Source: Chiloscyllium plagiosum
Lineage: Eukaryota
Direction: 5' to 3'
Length of the DNA: 64,000 nucleotides
Assembly: GCF_004010195.1 (NCBI RefSeq)
Contig: NC_057744.1
Coordinates: 10,791,733 to 10,855,732, forward strand
The position numbers were made by a program, and so were the translations under genes. Shown one piece after another: positions 1-13,040 of this stretch (position 1 is its first letter; every line of letters begins with the position of its first letter). A model generated the notes under the pieces. It did no database searches and was not told the DNA's origin. It was given only the letters and a program-made list of their open reading frames with translations.

Positions 1-1050
1 TCTTTAGTCATCCAGTATTCCCTATACCTACCAGCCTTCCCTTTCACCCTGACAGGAATATACTTTCTCTGGATTCTTGTTATCTCATTTCTGAAGGCTT
101 CCCATTTTCCAGCCATCCCTTTTCCTGCGAACATCTGTCTCCAATCAGCTTTTGAAAGTTCTTGTCTAATACCGTCAAAATTGGCCTCTCTTTAATTTAG
201 AACTTCAACTTTTAGATCTGGTCTATCCTGTTCCATCACTATTTTAAATCTAATAGAATTATGGTCACTGGCCCCAAAGTGCTCCCCCACTGACACCTCA
301 GTCACCTGCCCTGCCTTATTTCCCAAGTGTAGGTCAAGTTTTGCACCTTCTCTAGTAGCTACATCCACATACTGAATCAGAAAATTGTCTTGAACACACT
401 TAAGAAATTCCTCTCCATCTAAACCCTTAACACTATGACACTCCCAGTCGATGTTTGGAAAGTTAAAATCCCCTACCATAACCACCCTATTATTCTTACA
501 GATAGCTGAGATCTCCTTACAAGTTTGTTTTTCAATTTCCCTCTGACTATTGGGGGGATTATAATACAATCCCAATAAGGTGATCATCCCTTTCTTATTT
601 CACAGTTCCACCCAAATAACTTCCCTGGATGTATTTCTGGGAATATCCTCCCTCAGCACAGCTGTAATGCTATCCCTTATCAAAAATGCCACTCCCCCTC
701 CTCTCTTGCCTCCCTTTCTATCCTTCTGTGGACATTAAGCTGCCAATCCTGCCCATCCCTGAGCCATGTTTCTGTAATTGCTATGATATCCCAGTCCCAT
801 GTTGCTAACCGCGCCCTGAGTTCATCTGCCTTCCCTGTTAGGCCCCTTGCATTGAAATAAATGCAGTTTAATTTATTAGTCCGACCTTGTCCTTGCCTGC
901 CCTGACTGTTTGACTCACTTCTGTTCTCAGCTGTACCCGTCTCAGATCGATCTCTTTCCTCACTATCTCCCTGGGTCTCACCCCCCCACCTTACTAGTTT
1001 AGATCCTCCCAAGCAGTTCTAGAAAATTTCCCTGCCAGTATAGTAGTCCC
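1..1050 (-). mobile_element. CR1/HER1-type LINE fragment (ORF2 AP-endonuclease region)
   Basis: ORFs 680..1012 (YFNARGL, AITETWL) and 192..587 (GDFNFP, LDL, SDHN). Confidence 0.9.
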
Positions 1051-1384
1051 CTTCCAATTTAGGTGCAATCTTAATTAACCCTTTTCAAAGCCACCTTGCT
1101 ATTCATCCTTCCAGCATAGTCCACCATCCTGTTACTGCTTCTTTCGGGTTTTTATCATTTTACCAAGAAAATGCCTATCTGCACATAGTAAATGAGAAGT
1201 TATTTACATTCCTCCTTGCCTAGAGAGGTGGCTTGTGTTGTGATGCAGTTTCAAAACCAGAACAGAACTCATACCACTGGTCATTCTTCATGTTATGAAC
1301 CGAGACAGAGACTATCTGACCACAGAAGGTATCACAGGCACCATTCTGTTCTCAACTGAGAGTCACAGACAATGATGACTGGAC

Positions 1385-2890
1385 CTTTGTTTCAGAAAGA
1401 TTGTAAGGAATAACTGGGGAACTACAGACCTGTGAGTCTGACTTCGATTGTGGGTAAGTTGTTGCAGGTGATTATAAAAAATAGGATTTATGGACATATA
1501 GAGAGGCAGACATTGATTAGGGATAGCTAGCATGGTTTTGTGTGAGGAAAATCATGTCTCACAAATTTTAATGAGATTTTTGAGAAAGTTACCAAAAAGG
1601 TTGACGATGGCAGAGTGGTAGATGTTGTTTATTTGGATTTCAGTAAAGTTTCCGCATGGTAGACTAATTAGTAGCGTTAGGTCACATGAGATTCAGCGTG
1701 AGCTTGCCAATTCGATACATAAGTGGCTTAACAGCAGAGACACAGAGTAATGGTGGAGGGTTGCTTTTCGGACTGGAGGCCTGTGACCAGCAATGTTCCG
1801 CTGGGATCAGTACTGAGTCCTGGAGATTTTAAGCCTGCAGATGCTGGAAGTCAGAGTCGATAAAAAGTGGAGCTGGAAAGACACAGCAGCTCAGGCAGCA
1901 TCGAAGGAACAGGCAAGTCGATGTTTCTGGTTTTATTTGTCATTTACATCAATGATTTGATGTAAATATAGGAGGCACGGTTAATAAGTTTTGCAAATGA
2001 CACCAGAATTGGTGGCATAGTAGACAATGAAAAATGTTTCCTAAGATTACAAAGGGATCTTGATCAAATGGGTTAATAGGCTGAAAAATGGCAGATGGAG
2101 TTCTATCCGGATAAATGAAAGGTATGGCATTTTGGAAAAAACAAACAGGGATAGAATCTATACAATTCATGGTCGAGCCTCCGATAGGGTTGAAGAACAG
2201 AAGGACCTAGGCATTCAGGTACATAATTCTTTAGGTTTGGATCACATATAGACATGGTGGTTAAAAAGGCGTTTGGCACGTTTGCCTTCATTGCTCAGTC
2301 CTTTGAGTGTAGGAGTTGGGACATTATGTTGAAGTTGTGGTGAGGCCTCTTTTGGAATACTATATCCAGTCCTGGTTACCCAGTAATAGGAAGCATATTA
2401 TTAAGGTGGAGAGGGCTCAGAAGATATTCACCAGACCGGTATAGAGAGTTGAAGTTATAAGGAAAGGCTGGATAAGTGGGGACTTTTTTTACTGGGGTGT
2501 AGGAGGTTGAGAGGCGACTGATAGAAGTTTAACAAATAATATGTACAGATTGAGTTAATGGTAGTTGTCTTTTCCCTAAGATGTGAAATTTCAAGACTAG
2601 GGAGCACATTTTTAAGGTGAGAGGAGAGAGCTTCTAAAAAGACATGAGCAGCAATTTTTTTTTTAACGGAGGGTGGTTTGCACATGGAATGAACGTCCTG
2701 AGGAAGTGCTGGATGTGGGTATAATTAGAATATTTGAAAGACATTTGAAGAAGTACATGGATAGGAAAGGTTTGGAGGGATTTGGACCAGGAGTGGGCAG
2801 GTGGGACTGGTTTAGATTGAGATGATGTTTGGCATGGACTGGTTGGACCGAAGCGTCTGTTTCCGTGCTATATGATTCTACGACTCTAGA
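1385..2890 (+). mobile_element. Decayed CR1 LINE, RT region to 3' tail, interrupted by a Penelope-like fragment at about 1825-1930
   Basis: Remnants of NYRPVSLT, SQHGF and FADDT-like motifs with frameshifts. CR1 3' tail ending ...gtgctatatgattctacgactcta. Confidence 0.85.
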
Positions 2891-2939
2891 GAATCATTTA
2901 CACATTGCTTTTCTTACCCACTAGTTCTCTCAAACTGCT

Positions 2940-3395
2940 TTACAAATGGTGGCTTCCTTTGAGATATAGTACTTGAATGAAAGACAGCAATTTGTCCACA
3001 GCAAGGTCATAGAGATGTACAGCATGGAAACAGACCCTTGGTCCAACTCGTCCAAGCCACCAGAAATCCCAATCTGACCTAGTCCCATTTGTCAGCATTG
3101 GCCCAAATCCCTCTAAATCCTCCCTCAAACAGTACTGTGATAATGCCCAGGCAACTGAAATATTAATTTGAGGGATGAATTTTTGGCCAGGACATCACGG
3201 GTTGTTTTTTTTAAAACCGTCCACCTGAGCAGACTAATAGGGCCTCAGTTTAACATTCAAATGACAGCCCTGCGATCAGCTCAGCACTCCTTCAATACTG
3301 TACTAGACTGTCAGATTGGATTTGTGCTGAAACGCTGCAGCGGAATTTGAATCAGGAAATTTCTGATCCAAAGCCAAGTGTCCCACCCCCTGAGC
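2940..3395 (-). mobile_element. DeuSINE/SacSINE-like SINE with a CR1 3' tail inserted at about 3005-3125
   Basis: Reverse strand reads tRNA-like head, then a Deu-like core (ctcaggtggac...tgtcctggccaaaaattcatccctcaa). Similar remnants at about 24530-24700, 36020-36230 and 51340-51480. Confidence 0.55.
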
Positions 3396-3801
3396 AACAT
3401 CTAACACGCCACACAGTTTCTGACAAATGCAATCAGGAGCAGCATCCCTGATCTGTTTACCCATTCCCATGAGCAAAGACAGGTTTTCAGCAGTGATCTG
3501 CTCAATCAGCGTAGTCCCCCGATTTATAGCAGGAATTTGGTCCTTGACTCAAGAGAGCCATCCTATGGTTAAAAAGCACACTGCAGCACAAATTAAATTA
3601 AATGCGCTCTACAAAATGATCCAACTTCATAATCCTGGTGGTGATTAAAATCAGTTCATACACATTCCATCATGTTCCTTTCTGCAATGCAACCATTCCC
3701 AATACATTAGTACATGGATTATTGTAACCATTACACAGGATTGTCAGAAAAATTGGAAACAAACACAATGCTGGATAAACTCTAGTAGCATCTGTGGGGA
3801 G

Positions 3802-6233
3802 TCACAGAGTCATCAAGATGAACAGCATGGAAACAGACCCTTCAGTCCAACCTGTCCACGCCAACCAGATATCCCAACCCAATCTAGTCCCACCTGCCAG
3901 CACCAGGCCCATATCCCACCAAACCCTTCCTATTAATATACCCATCCAGATGCCTCTTAAATGTTGCAATTGTACCAGCCTCCACTGCACCCTCTGGCAG
4001 CTCATTCCATGAATGCACCACCCTCTGCATGAAAAAGCGGCCCCTTAGGACTCTTTTATATCTTTCTCCTCTCACCCTAAACCTATGCCCTCTAGTTCTG
4101 GACTCCCCCACCCCAGGGAAAAGACTTTGTCTATTTATCCTATCCATTCCCCTCATAATTTTGTAAACCTCAGCCTCCGACGCTTCAGGGAAAACAGCCC
4201 CAGCCTGTTCAGCCTCTCCCTACAGCTCAAATCCTCCAACCCTGGCAACATCCTTGTAAACCTTTTCTGAACCCTTTCAAGTTTCACATCTTTTCGATAG
4301 AAAGGAGACCAGAATTGCACACAATATTCCAACAGTGGCCTAACCGATGTACTGTACAGCCGCAACATGACCTCACAACTCCTGTACTCAATACTCTGAC
4401 CAATAAAGGAAAGCATACCAAATATCTTCTTCACTATCCTATCTACCTGCGACTCCACTTTCAAGGAGCTATGAACCTGCACTCCAAGGTCTCTTTGTTC
4501 AGTAACACTCCTTAGGACCTTAACATTAAGTGTATAAGTATAAAGTTTTGCTTTCCCAAAATGCAGCACCTCGCATTTATCTGAATTAAACTCCATCTGC
4601 CGCTTCTCAGCCCATTGGCCATCTGGTCCAGATCCTGTTGTAATCGGAGGTAACCCCTCTTCACTGTCCACTGCAGCTCCAATTTTGGTGTCATCTGCAA
4701 ACTTACTAACTGTACCTATTATACTCGCATCCAAATCATTTATGTAAATGACAAAAAGTAGAGGACCCAGCACCAATCCTTGTGGCACTCCACTGGTCAC
4801 ACACCTCCAGTCTGAAAGACAACCCTCCACCACCACCCTCTGTCATCTACCTTTGAGCTAGTTCTGTATCCAAATGGCTAATTCTCTCTGTATTCCATGA
4901 GATCTAACCTTGCTAATCATTCTCCCATGGGGAATCTTGTCAAACACCTTAGTGAAGTCCATATAGATCACATCTATTGCTTTGCCCTCATCAATCTTCT
5001 TTGTTACTTCTTCAAAAAACTCAATCAAGTTTGTGAGACATGATTTCCCACACACAAAACCATGTTGACTATCCCGAATCAGTCCTTGCCTTTTCAAATA
5101 CATACACATCCCGTCTCTCAGGATTCCCTCCAACAACTTGCCCACCACCGAGGTCAGGCTCACTGGTCTATAGTTCTCTGGCTTGTCTTTACCGCCCTTC
5201 TTAAACAGTGGCGCCACGTTTGCTAACCTCCAGTCTTCCGGCACCTCACCTGTGACTATCGATGATACAAATATCTCAGCAAGAGGCCCAGCAATCACTT
5301 CTCTAGCTTCCCACAGAGTTCTCGGGTACACCTGATTAGGTCTTGGGGACTTATTCACCTTTAACTGTTTCAGGACATCCAGCACTTCCTCCTCTGTAAT
5401 CTGGACATTTTGCAAGATGTCACCATCTATTTCCCTTCCATCTATTATCTTCCATATCCTTTTCCAAAGTAAATACTGATGCAAAATATTCATTTAGTAT
5501 CTCCCCCATTTTCTGTGGCTCCACACAAAGGCCACTTTGCTGATCTTTGAGGGGCCCTATTCTCTCCCTAGTTACTCTTTTGTCCTTAACATATTTGTAA
5601 AAACTCTTTGGATTCTCCTTAATTCTATTTGCCAAAGCTATCTCATGGCCCCGTTTTGCCCTCCTGATTTCCCTCTTAAGTATACTCCTACTGCCTTTAT
5701 ACTCTTCTAAGGATTCACTCTGTCTATCCTGTCTTTACCTGACATATGCTTCCTTCTTTTTCTTAACCAAACCCTCAATTTCTTTAGTCATCCAGCATTN
5801 NNNNNNNNNNCACCTGCCCTGCCTTATTTCCCAGGAGTAGGTCAAGTTTTGCACCTTCTCTAGTAGGTATATCCACATACTGAATCAGAAAATTGCCTTG
5901 TACAGACTTAAGAAATTCCTCTCCATCTAAACCCTTAACACTATGGCAGTCCCAGTCTATGTTTGGAAAGTTAAAATCCCCTATCATAACTACCCTATTA
6001 TTCTTACAGATAGCTGAGATCTCCTTACAAGTTTGTTTCTCAATTTCCCTCTGACTATTGGGGGGTCTATAATACAATCCCAATCAGGTGATCATCCCTT
6101 TCTTATTTCTCAGTTCCACCCAAATAACTTCCCTGGATGTATTTCCGGGAATATCCTCCCTCAGCACAGCTTATCAAAATTGCCACTCCCCCTCCTCTCT
6201 TGCCTCCCTTTCTATCCTTCCCGTAGCATTTGT
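3802..6233 (-). mobile_element. Young 5'-truncated CR1 LINE (endonuclease, RT, 3' tail), frameshifted, containing an N gap
   Basis: ORFs 5784..6083, 4858..5493 (NYRPVSLTS, SQHGF), 4153..4836 (SGVPQG, KFADDTK) and 3884..4156. Confidence 0.95.
5800..5810. other. Assembly gap (11 N)
   Basis: Run of n in the sequence. Confidence 0.99.
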
Positions 6234-6296
6234 AGTTTCGCACAGTTAGTGATGATTCGTCCTCAGAACCACACTGGACTCAGAAAGCTAACCTAC

Positions 6297-6327
<31 letters not shown>

Positions 6328-7905
6328 TCCCCCCCCCCCCCAACTCCCGACAGTTTCTGCAAGTCTTGCTGAGTTTCTCCAGTATTCTCAGTGCTCAGAT
6401 TTCCAGCAACCATAGTCTTTGGAAAAATTAAAAACTTCACAGATCCCAAATTCTATTTGTTACCCCAAGGTAGCAATATTAATTACTGGTTAGTGAGCTC
6501 AATGTTGGTGTTTCGTAACATGAGGGGTAAGAAATACATAAGCAATTGTACAGAAGTAACTAACAATTTTTTCCACCACCCAGGTCAGTCGACAGAATCA
6601 AAGTTAAATATCCTGTGGGATTCATCAACAAAAGTATCAACATTTGGGTATATCACCAACACCAATTTGGTGAGAATTATGCTCAAATGATTCTTGCTCC
6701 ATTAAAAGTTTCATTTGCAGATTGCAGATGTGATAAGAAAATGATCTCAAACCACTGCACTATCCAGCCTGAATAAATGAGACTAAAAACTCAAAACATT
6801 TCCATCATTATTCAAGTTTACTTAATTGAAATTACTGGGTAATAAAGGAAAACAAAGAACGATGTATTAGAAATATACAAGCAAAATAAAACAGATCGAC
6901 ATGACTCCCTTGATGTTTAATCCCCTCCCTCTCTAACCTTTCCCTGACCTTGACTCTTTGATTTCACTCATTCCTGCCCATTTTCTTAAAGCCTATCACA
7001 CTTCCATCTCTCTTCAATTCTGAAGAGGATTCATGTCAGGTGTGAAAATTCAACTTCCTTTCTCTTTCCACAGATGTTGAGTTGCTGATTTCAAAACAGC
7101 GATTCAAACAAAATAGTTTGTGTTATTTATTTAACATAGTTGTATTAAATTGCATTTTTTTTTTTTACAGAGAATTAGAAATCCAGTGAGAAGATTCCCA
7201 ACACATTCAATCTGTTATTGCGAATTTCATGGATTATTGTAACCATTACACAGGATTGTCAGAAAAATTGGAAACAAACACAATGCTGGATAAACTCTAG
7301 TAGCATCTGTGGGGAGAGGAGCAGAGTTTTGCACAGTTAGTGATGATTTGTCCTCAGAACCATACTGGATTCGAAAAGCTAACTTGATCTTTCTCTCTCT
7401 CTCTCTCTCCACAGTTTCAGCTAGCTTTGCTGAGTTTCTCCAGCATTCTCAGTTTTCAGATTTCCAACACCCATAGTCTTTGGAAAAATTAAAAACTTCA
7501 CAAACCCCTAATTCTACAGATTTGGCTTCACTTCATTTTTGTTCTGGTTCTCGTTTTATTTTAAAATGATGATTGAATGAAGCTTACAACATAATAACAG
7601 AAATGGCCGCAACTAATCAAAATTCAAACATTTCTGATTTTGGTCTCCTGCTTGATTGACCTTAATTTGAAATGGTAACACAAAGCAAGGGTCAAAATAG
7701 TTAGGACACACTCAATTAAGCTCCTTAAAGAATACAATGTCAAAACTGAGCTATCATGACTTTGTATACACCAAAGCCAAACTCACTGTGGCTCTGGTAA
7801 GAGACATCTCTCAATTGGTGCACATTGCTGTTTTTAATATTTGACCATATTTTGTAAAGAAACTTTCCACAAACACACACCAAATGCACACAGCCAAAAG
7901 CTTAC

Positions 7906-8011
7906 CATAAATGTCAGGTCCGTGTGGGGTAAAAACGTTGTAAATAATTATTCTCAGGGGGGTAACCACCAACTTCCCATAGTAATAACTGTCCACCACA
8001 ACAAGGGGGAG
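7906..8011 (-). CDS. ALG9: ALG9 coding exon 8 (LPLVVVDSYYYGKLVVTPLRIIIYNVFTPHGPDIYG); downstream exons lie beyond the window start
   Basis: DSYYYGK...YNVFTPHGPD.YG motif. 106 nt, CAG/GTAAGC boundaries. Confidence 0.96.
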
Positions 8012-8209
8012 CTGCAACACAAACAAAGATGTCCTGATTTTTTTTAGTTCTGCGTTATCTGCAGGAGATAGGATTGCTCGCGGACAGCAGGACTTCACCT
8101 TTACCACAATCTAGCAAGAACAACATTGCACACTTTGCACTGCCATCAGCCATCATAAAGGCTCTTTGCCGACTGAAAGCAGTGAGGAGGAGGAGGAAGG
8201 AAATTATAA

Positions 8210-11200
8210 GTCCATAAGACCGTAAGACAGAAGAGTGGAAATACGGCCATTCGGCCCATCGAGTCCACTCTGCCATTCAATCATGGCTGATGGACATTTA
8301 AACACCACTTACTCACACTCTTCCCGTATTACTTAATTCCTTGAAGACGTTTAATGTCCCGGCCTCCACTGCGCTCTGTGGCAATGAATTCCACAGGCCC
8401 ACCACTCTGTGAGACCTATGGGGCACTTTTTCACGCAGTGTGTGGTACGTGTATGGAATGAGCTGCCAGAGGAAGTGTGGAGGCTGGTACAATTGCAACA
8501 TTTAAAAGGCATTTAGATGGGTATATGAATAGGAAGGGTTTAAGGATATGGGTCGGGTGCTGGCAGGTGGGACTAGATTGGATTGGGATATCTGGTCGGC
8601 ATGGACGGGTTGGAACGAATGGTCTGTTTCCGTGCTGTACATCTCTTTGACTCGAGCTGAGGAAATGTCTCCTCATTTCCGTTTTAAATTGATCGCCTCT
8701 AATTCTAAGGCTGTGCCCAAGAGTCCTAGTATCTCTGCCTGACGGAAACAAATTCCCAGCATCCACCCTTTCTAAGCCATGAATTATCTTGTAAATTTCT
8801 ATTAGGTCTCCCCTCAACCTTCTAAACTCTAATGAATACAATCCCAGGATCCTTAGTCATTCATCATATGTTAGACCTACCATTCCAGCGATCATCCGTG
8901 TGAATGTCTGCTGGACACGCTCCAGTACCAGTATGAGTTTCCGGAGGTGCGAGGCCCAAAACTGGACACAGTATTCTAAATGGGGCCTAACCAGAGCTTT
9001 ATAAAATCTCAGTAGCACATGACTGCTTTTACATTCCAACCCTCTTGAAATAAATGACAACATTACATTTGCTTTCTTAACCACGGACTCAACTTGCAAG
9101 TCAACCTTTAGAGAATCCTGGACGAGCATCCCAGATCCCTTTGTACTTTGGCTTCAGGAATTTTCTCACCATTTGGAAAATAGTCTGTCCCTGTATTCTT
9201 TTTTCCGAAGTGCAAGACCTCGCATTTGCTCACACTGAATTTCATCAGCCATTTCTTGGACAACTCTCCTAAACTGTCTAAATCTTTCTGCATCCTCCCC
9301 ACCTCCTCAGAACTAGCTGCTTGTCCACCTAACTTCGTATAATCGATGAACTTCGCCAGAATGCTCACCTCAAACACCATGGGCCCTTACCTCACTCTGC
9401 AGTCTCCCGTGAGGCATCTCATCAAAGGCTTTTTGGAATTCTAGGTAGATAACATTCACTGGGTTTCCCCGGTCTAACCTACTTGTTACCTCTTCAAAGA
9501 ATTCTAACAGGTTTGTCAGGCACGACCTCCCCTTACGAAATCCATGCTGACTTGTTCTAATCCGACCCTGCACTTCCAAGAATTTAGAAATCTCATCCTT
9601 AATGATAGATTCGAGAATTTTACCTACAACCGAGGTGAGGCTAATCAGCCTATAATTTTCCATCTTTTGTCTTGATTCTTTCTTGAACAAGGAGGTTATA
9701 ACAGTGATTTTCCAATCATCTGGGACTTTCCCTGACTCCAGTGATTTTTGAAAGATTACAACCAACGCCTCCGCTATTTCTTCAGCCACCTCCCTCAGAA
9801 CTCTAGGATGTGGTCCATCGGAGTCAGGGGATTTATCAATTTTTAGACCTTTTTGCTTTTCTACCACTTTCTCTTTTGTAATGGCTACCATACTCAACTC
9901 TGCCCCTTGGGATATTACTCATGTCTTCCACTGTGAAGACTGACACAAAGTATTTATTAAGTTCTTCAGCTATTTCCTTATCTCCCATCGCGAGCCTTCC
10001 TGCATCAATTTGGAGCAGCCCAATTTCTACTTTTGCCTCTCGTTTGTTTCTGATGTACTGAAGGAAACTTTTACTATCATTTCTAATATTACTGGCTAGG
10101 TTAACTTCACATTTAATCCTCTCCTTCCTTATTTGTCTCTTTGTTATCCTCTTTGTAGTCTTCCCAATCTTCTGATCTCCCAGCGCTCTTAGCCAGTGTA
10201 TAGGCTCTCTCTTTTTCTATGATACATTTCCTGACTTCTTTTGTTATCCATGGATGTCTAATTCTCCCCCACCCCCGGATAAACTTTCTTTTCTTTGGGA
10301 TGAATCTCTGTACTGTGTCCTCAATTACACCCAGAAACTTCTGCATTTGTTGCTCTACTGTCTTCTCCACTCGGCTCTGCTTCCAATCGATTTTCGTCAG
10401 TTCCTCTCTCATGCCCTTGTAATTACCTTTATTTACCTGTAACACCATTACATCTGATTTTGTCTTCTTGCTTTCAAACTGCAGACTGAACTCTACCATA
10501 TTATGATTGCTGCTTCCTAAGTGTTCCCTTACTTTAAGATCTTTTATGAAGTCTGACTCATTACATACCACTAAGTCTAGAATAGCCTGCTCCCCTGTTG
10601 GCTCCATCACAAGCTGTTCCAAAAAGCCATCCTGTAAGCATTTCATGAATTCCCTTTCTTTGGAACAACTGGTAAGCTTTCCTTTATTGGTCAGAGTATT
10701 GAGTACAGGAGTTGGGAGGTCATGTTGCGCTGTACAGGACATTGGTTAGGCCACTGTTGGAATATTGTGTGCAATTCTGGTCTCCTTCCTATTGGAAAGA
10801 TGTTGTGAAACTTGAAAGGGTTCAGAAAAGATTTCCAAGGATGTTACCAGGGTTGGAGGATTTGAGCTATAGGGAGAGTCTGAACAGGATGGGTATATGA
10901 ATAGGAAGGGTTTGGAGGGATATGGGCCGGGTGCTGGCAGGTGGGACTAAATTGGGTTGGGATATCTGTCAGCATGGACCGGTTGGTCCGAAGGGTCTGT
11001 GTCCATGCTGTACATCTCTATGACTCTATGACTATGACTGACAACATTATTCACCCAGTCCACCTGCATATTGAAGTCCCTCATGATCACTGGGACCTTG
11101 CCTTTCTGACATGCCCTATCTATTTCCTGGTACATCTTGCGCCCCTGGTCCTGACCACTGCTGCGAGGTCTGTGCATAACTCCCATTATGGTTTTTTTGC

Positions 11201-11600
11201 CTTTGTGGTTCCTCAACACCCACTTAGACTCCACATGATCTGACTCTATGTCATTCAGTGCCATAGATTTAATTTCATTCTTAAAAAACAAGGCAACCCT
11301 GCCCCCTCTGCCCAGCTCCCTGTCTTTTCGATAAGTTGTAAATAGCTTGGATGTTTAACTACCAGCCCTGAACCCCCTGCAACCACACCCCTGTGATGCC
11401 TACCACATCATAATCATTCACGGTGATTTCTGCTGTTAATTCTTCTACTTTGTTACAAATACTATGAGCATTCAGGTAAAGCACCTTAATGCTAATTTTC
11501 TTAACCTCATGATTTCCATCACCTCTCGGGAGTATGTCCTAAGTTATCCCTCCTTTTTGTTCACTCCTAGTCTGCCTCGAACTTAAACATAAAACCTGCA
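8210..11600 (-). mobile_element. Second CR1 subfamily LINE with younger CR1 3' pieces nested in opposite orientation (about 8415-8650 and 10670-11040)
   Basis: ORFs 8857..9129, 9108..9380, 9370..9897, 10113..10742 and 10947..11291 carry RT and endonuclease motifs. Nested tails end in (TATGAC)n-like repeats. Confidence 0.9.
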
Positions 11601-11768
11601 CACATTATCCTTCTGAAAGTTTCTGGAGGAGCAGTTTGCCCACTGTCTATCCAAGAAGCTCTTTCTTGTGCGCATGAAGGAGGTGCTAACATAAAGGACA
11701 ATCTACAGTCAAAAATGGGAAAAAACCTACTTTGCAAGTACTTCTAGATTAATCTCTTTGATACCTAC

Positions 11769-11856
11769 CAGAAAGAGCAGCAAAGCCACTACTGTCCATA
11801 TAATAAAACTCTGGAACTTTCTCTTCAGTACCACCAGGTCAAATGCTATTGGTAAC
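11769..11856 (-). CDS. ALG9: ALG9 coding exon 7 (LPIAFDLVVLKRKFQSFIIWTVVALLLFL)
   Basis: Hand-translated. 88 nt, TAG/GTAGGT boundaries, LPIAFDL motif. Confidence 0.93.
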
Positions 11857-12059
11857 CTAATAAGAGGAGAAAATAAGGATCAGATTTACAAAGCATGCAC
11901 TAAAATAAGATTTAGGTGTACTAAATTTAATTCAAAAATACAGATCATAAAACTGATTTTGTCTAAAATAGACAGAGGGGTAAGGCTGAATGCACAGTAC
12001 TTTGGGAAAATACACAGGTTATTTTTAGTGGGACTAAATGCAATGGGTTTGTAAGGAGA

Positions 12060-12450
12060 CAGTAACACAGTGACAATGTTACTGTGCCAGTCATTCAGAC
12101 TAACATGCTGGAGAAGAGTTCAAATCTCTCTGCAGCTACTGGATTCAACACATTAATCAAACAATTTGGAATAAAATGTTAGACACATTAATAATAATTA
12201 TGAAACTATGGAAATTTTGCAAAAATCTTTCTGGTTCACTAATGTCCTGTATTCAGTCTGGTCTACAGGCGAGGCCAGGTGCATAGCAATCTGCCCTCAG
12301 AAATGGCTCTACAAGCCACTCCACAGCTACAACCAAACACCCTGTGGCCACATCTGCAGCTGCTCAAGAACTCCGTTCTCAAGGGTTCTTAAGGATGGAC
12401 AATAAGTGCTGCCATAGCAATCCGTCCCACCCCAAGAACAAAGTAAATTA
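12060..12450 (+). mobile_element. tRNA-derived SINE with L2-like tail (other copies at about 21165-21490, 28165-28470, 36250-36620; minus copies at about 19640-19860 and 22590-23170)
   Basis: Shared ctggttcactaatgtcctttagg...tggtctggcctacatgtgactccagacccacagcaa...gggcaattagggatgggcaataaatgctggc consensus among copies. Confidence 0.7.
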
Positions 12451-12749
12451 AAAGGCCCTTTAAAAAAAAGTAACAGGAAGCACTAAAAATATACAACAAT
12501 TCTGTCCACATCTGCAAGAAGACAAAAGGTCAGTTCATATTCTAGGGGAAGATCTTTCTTCATCCAAGTCCCCTTGCAAATATGAACTGGGTCATCTTCC
12601 ATTTCCAGTTCCAAATCAAATAGATTTTTCCTTGATCAGTCATAAAATTGTCTGCGGTGTTACAAAGAGCAAATGGCAACAATGGGACAGAGGGGAGGAA
12701 AAGGAGAGGACAATGTATTACAGTCGGTTTCACCCACATGAACAGATAG

Positions 12750-13040
12750 AACCTTACAATCCCTGCAGTGTGGAAGCAAACCATTTAGTCCACACCAACT
12801 AACTGAAAAGCATCCTACCCACACCTATCTCATCCCTGTAACCCTGCGTATCCCACGGCTAATCCACCTTGCCTGCACATCCCCGGACACTACGGTTCAA
12901 TTTAGCGTGGCTAATCCACCTAGCCTGTACATCTTTGCATTGTAAAGGGAGGAAACCAGTGGAAACCCAAGCAGACATGGGGAGAATGCACCCGGGTCCC
13001 TGGTGCTGTGAGGCAGCAGTGCTAACCACTGAGCAACCGT
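12750..13040 (-). mobile_element. HE1/V-SINE copy (others at about 17405-17650, 22810-23040, 60140-60330 on minus; 45065-45345 on plus)
   Basis: tRNA head tcagtggttagcactgctgcctcacag, V-domain gtgggtttcc...aaagatgtgcagg, CR1-like tail. Confidence 0.85.

Noticed and set aside
7563-7641. C/D-box-like element (ATGATGA...CTGA with a short A/T terminal stem, about 70 nt)
   Set aside because: It is antisense to the host ALG9 intron, lies in AT-rich DNA, and has no rRNA guide I can recognise.
3802-11600. Reverse transcriptase and endonuclease ORFs as an active element or domesticated gene
   Set aside because: Multiple frameshifts, stops, truncations and nested insertions mark them as dead CR1 copies.
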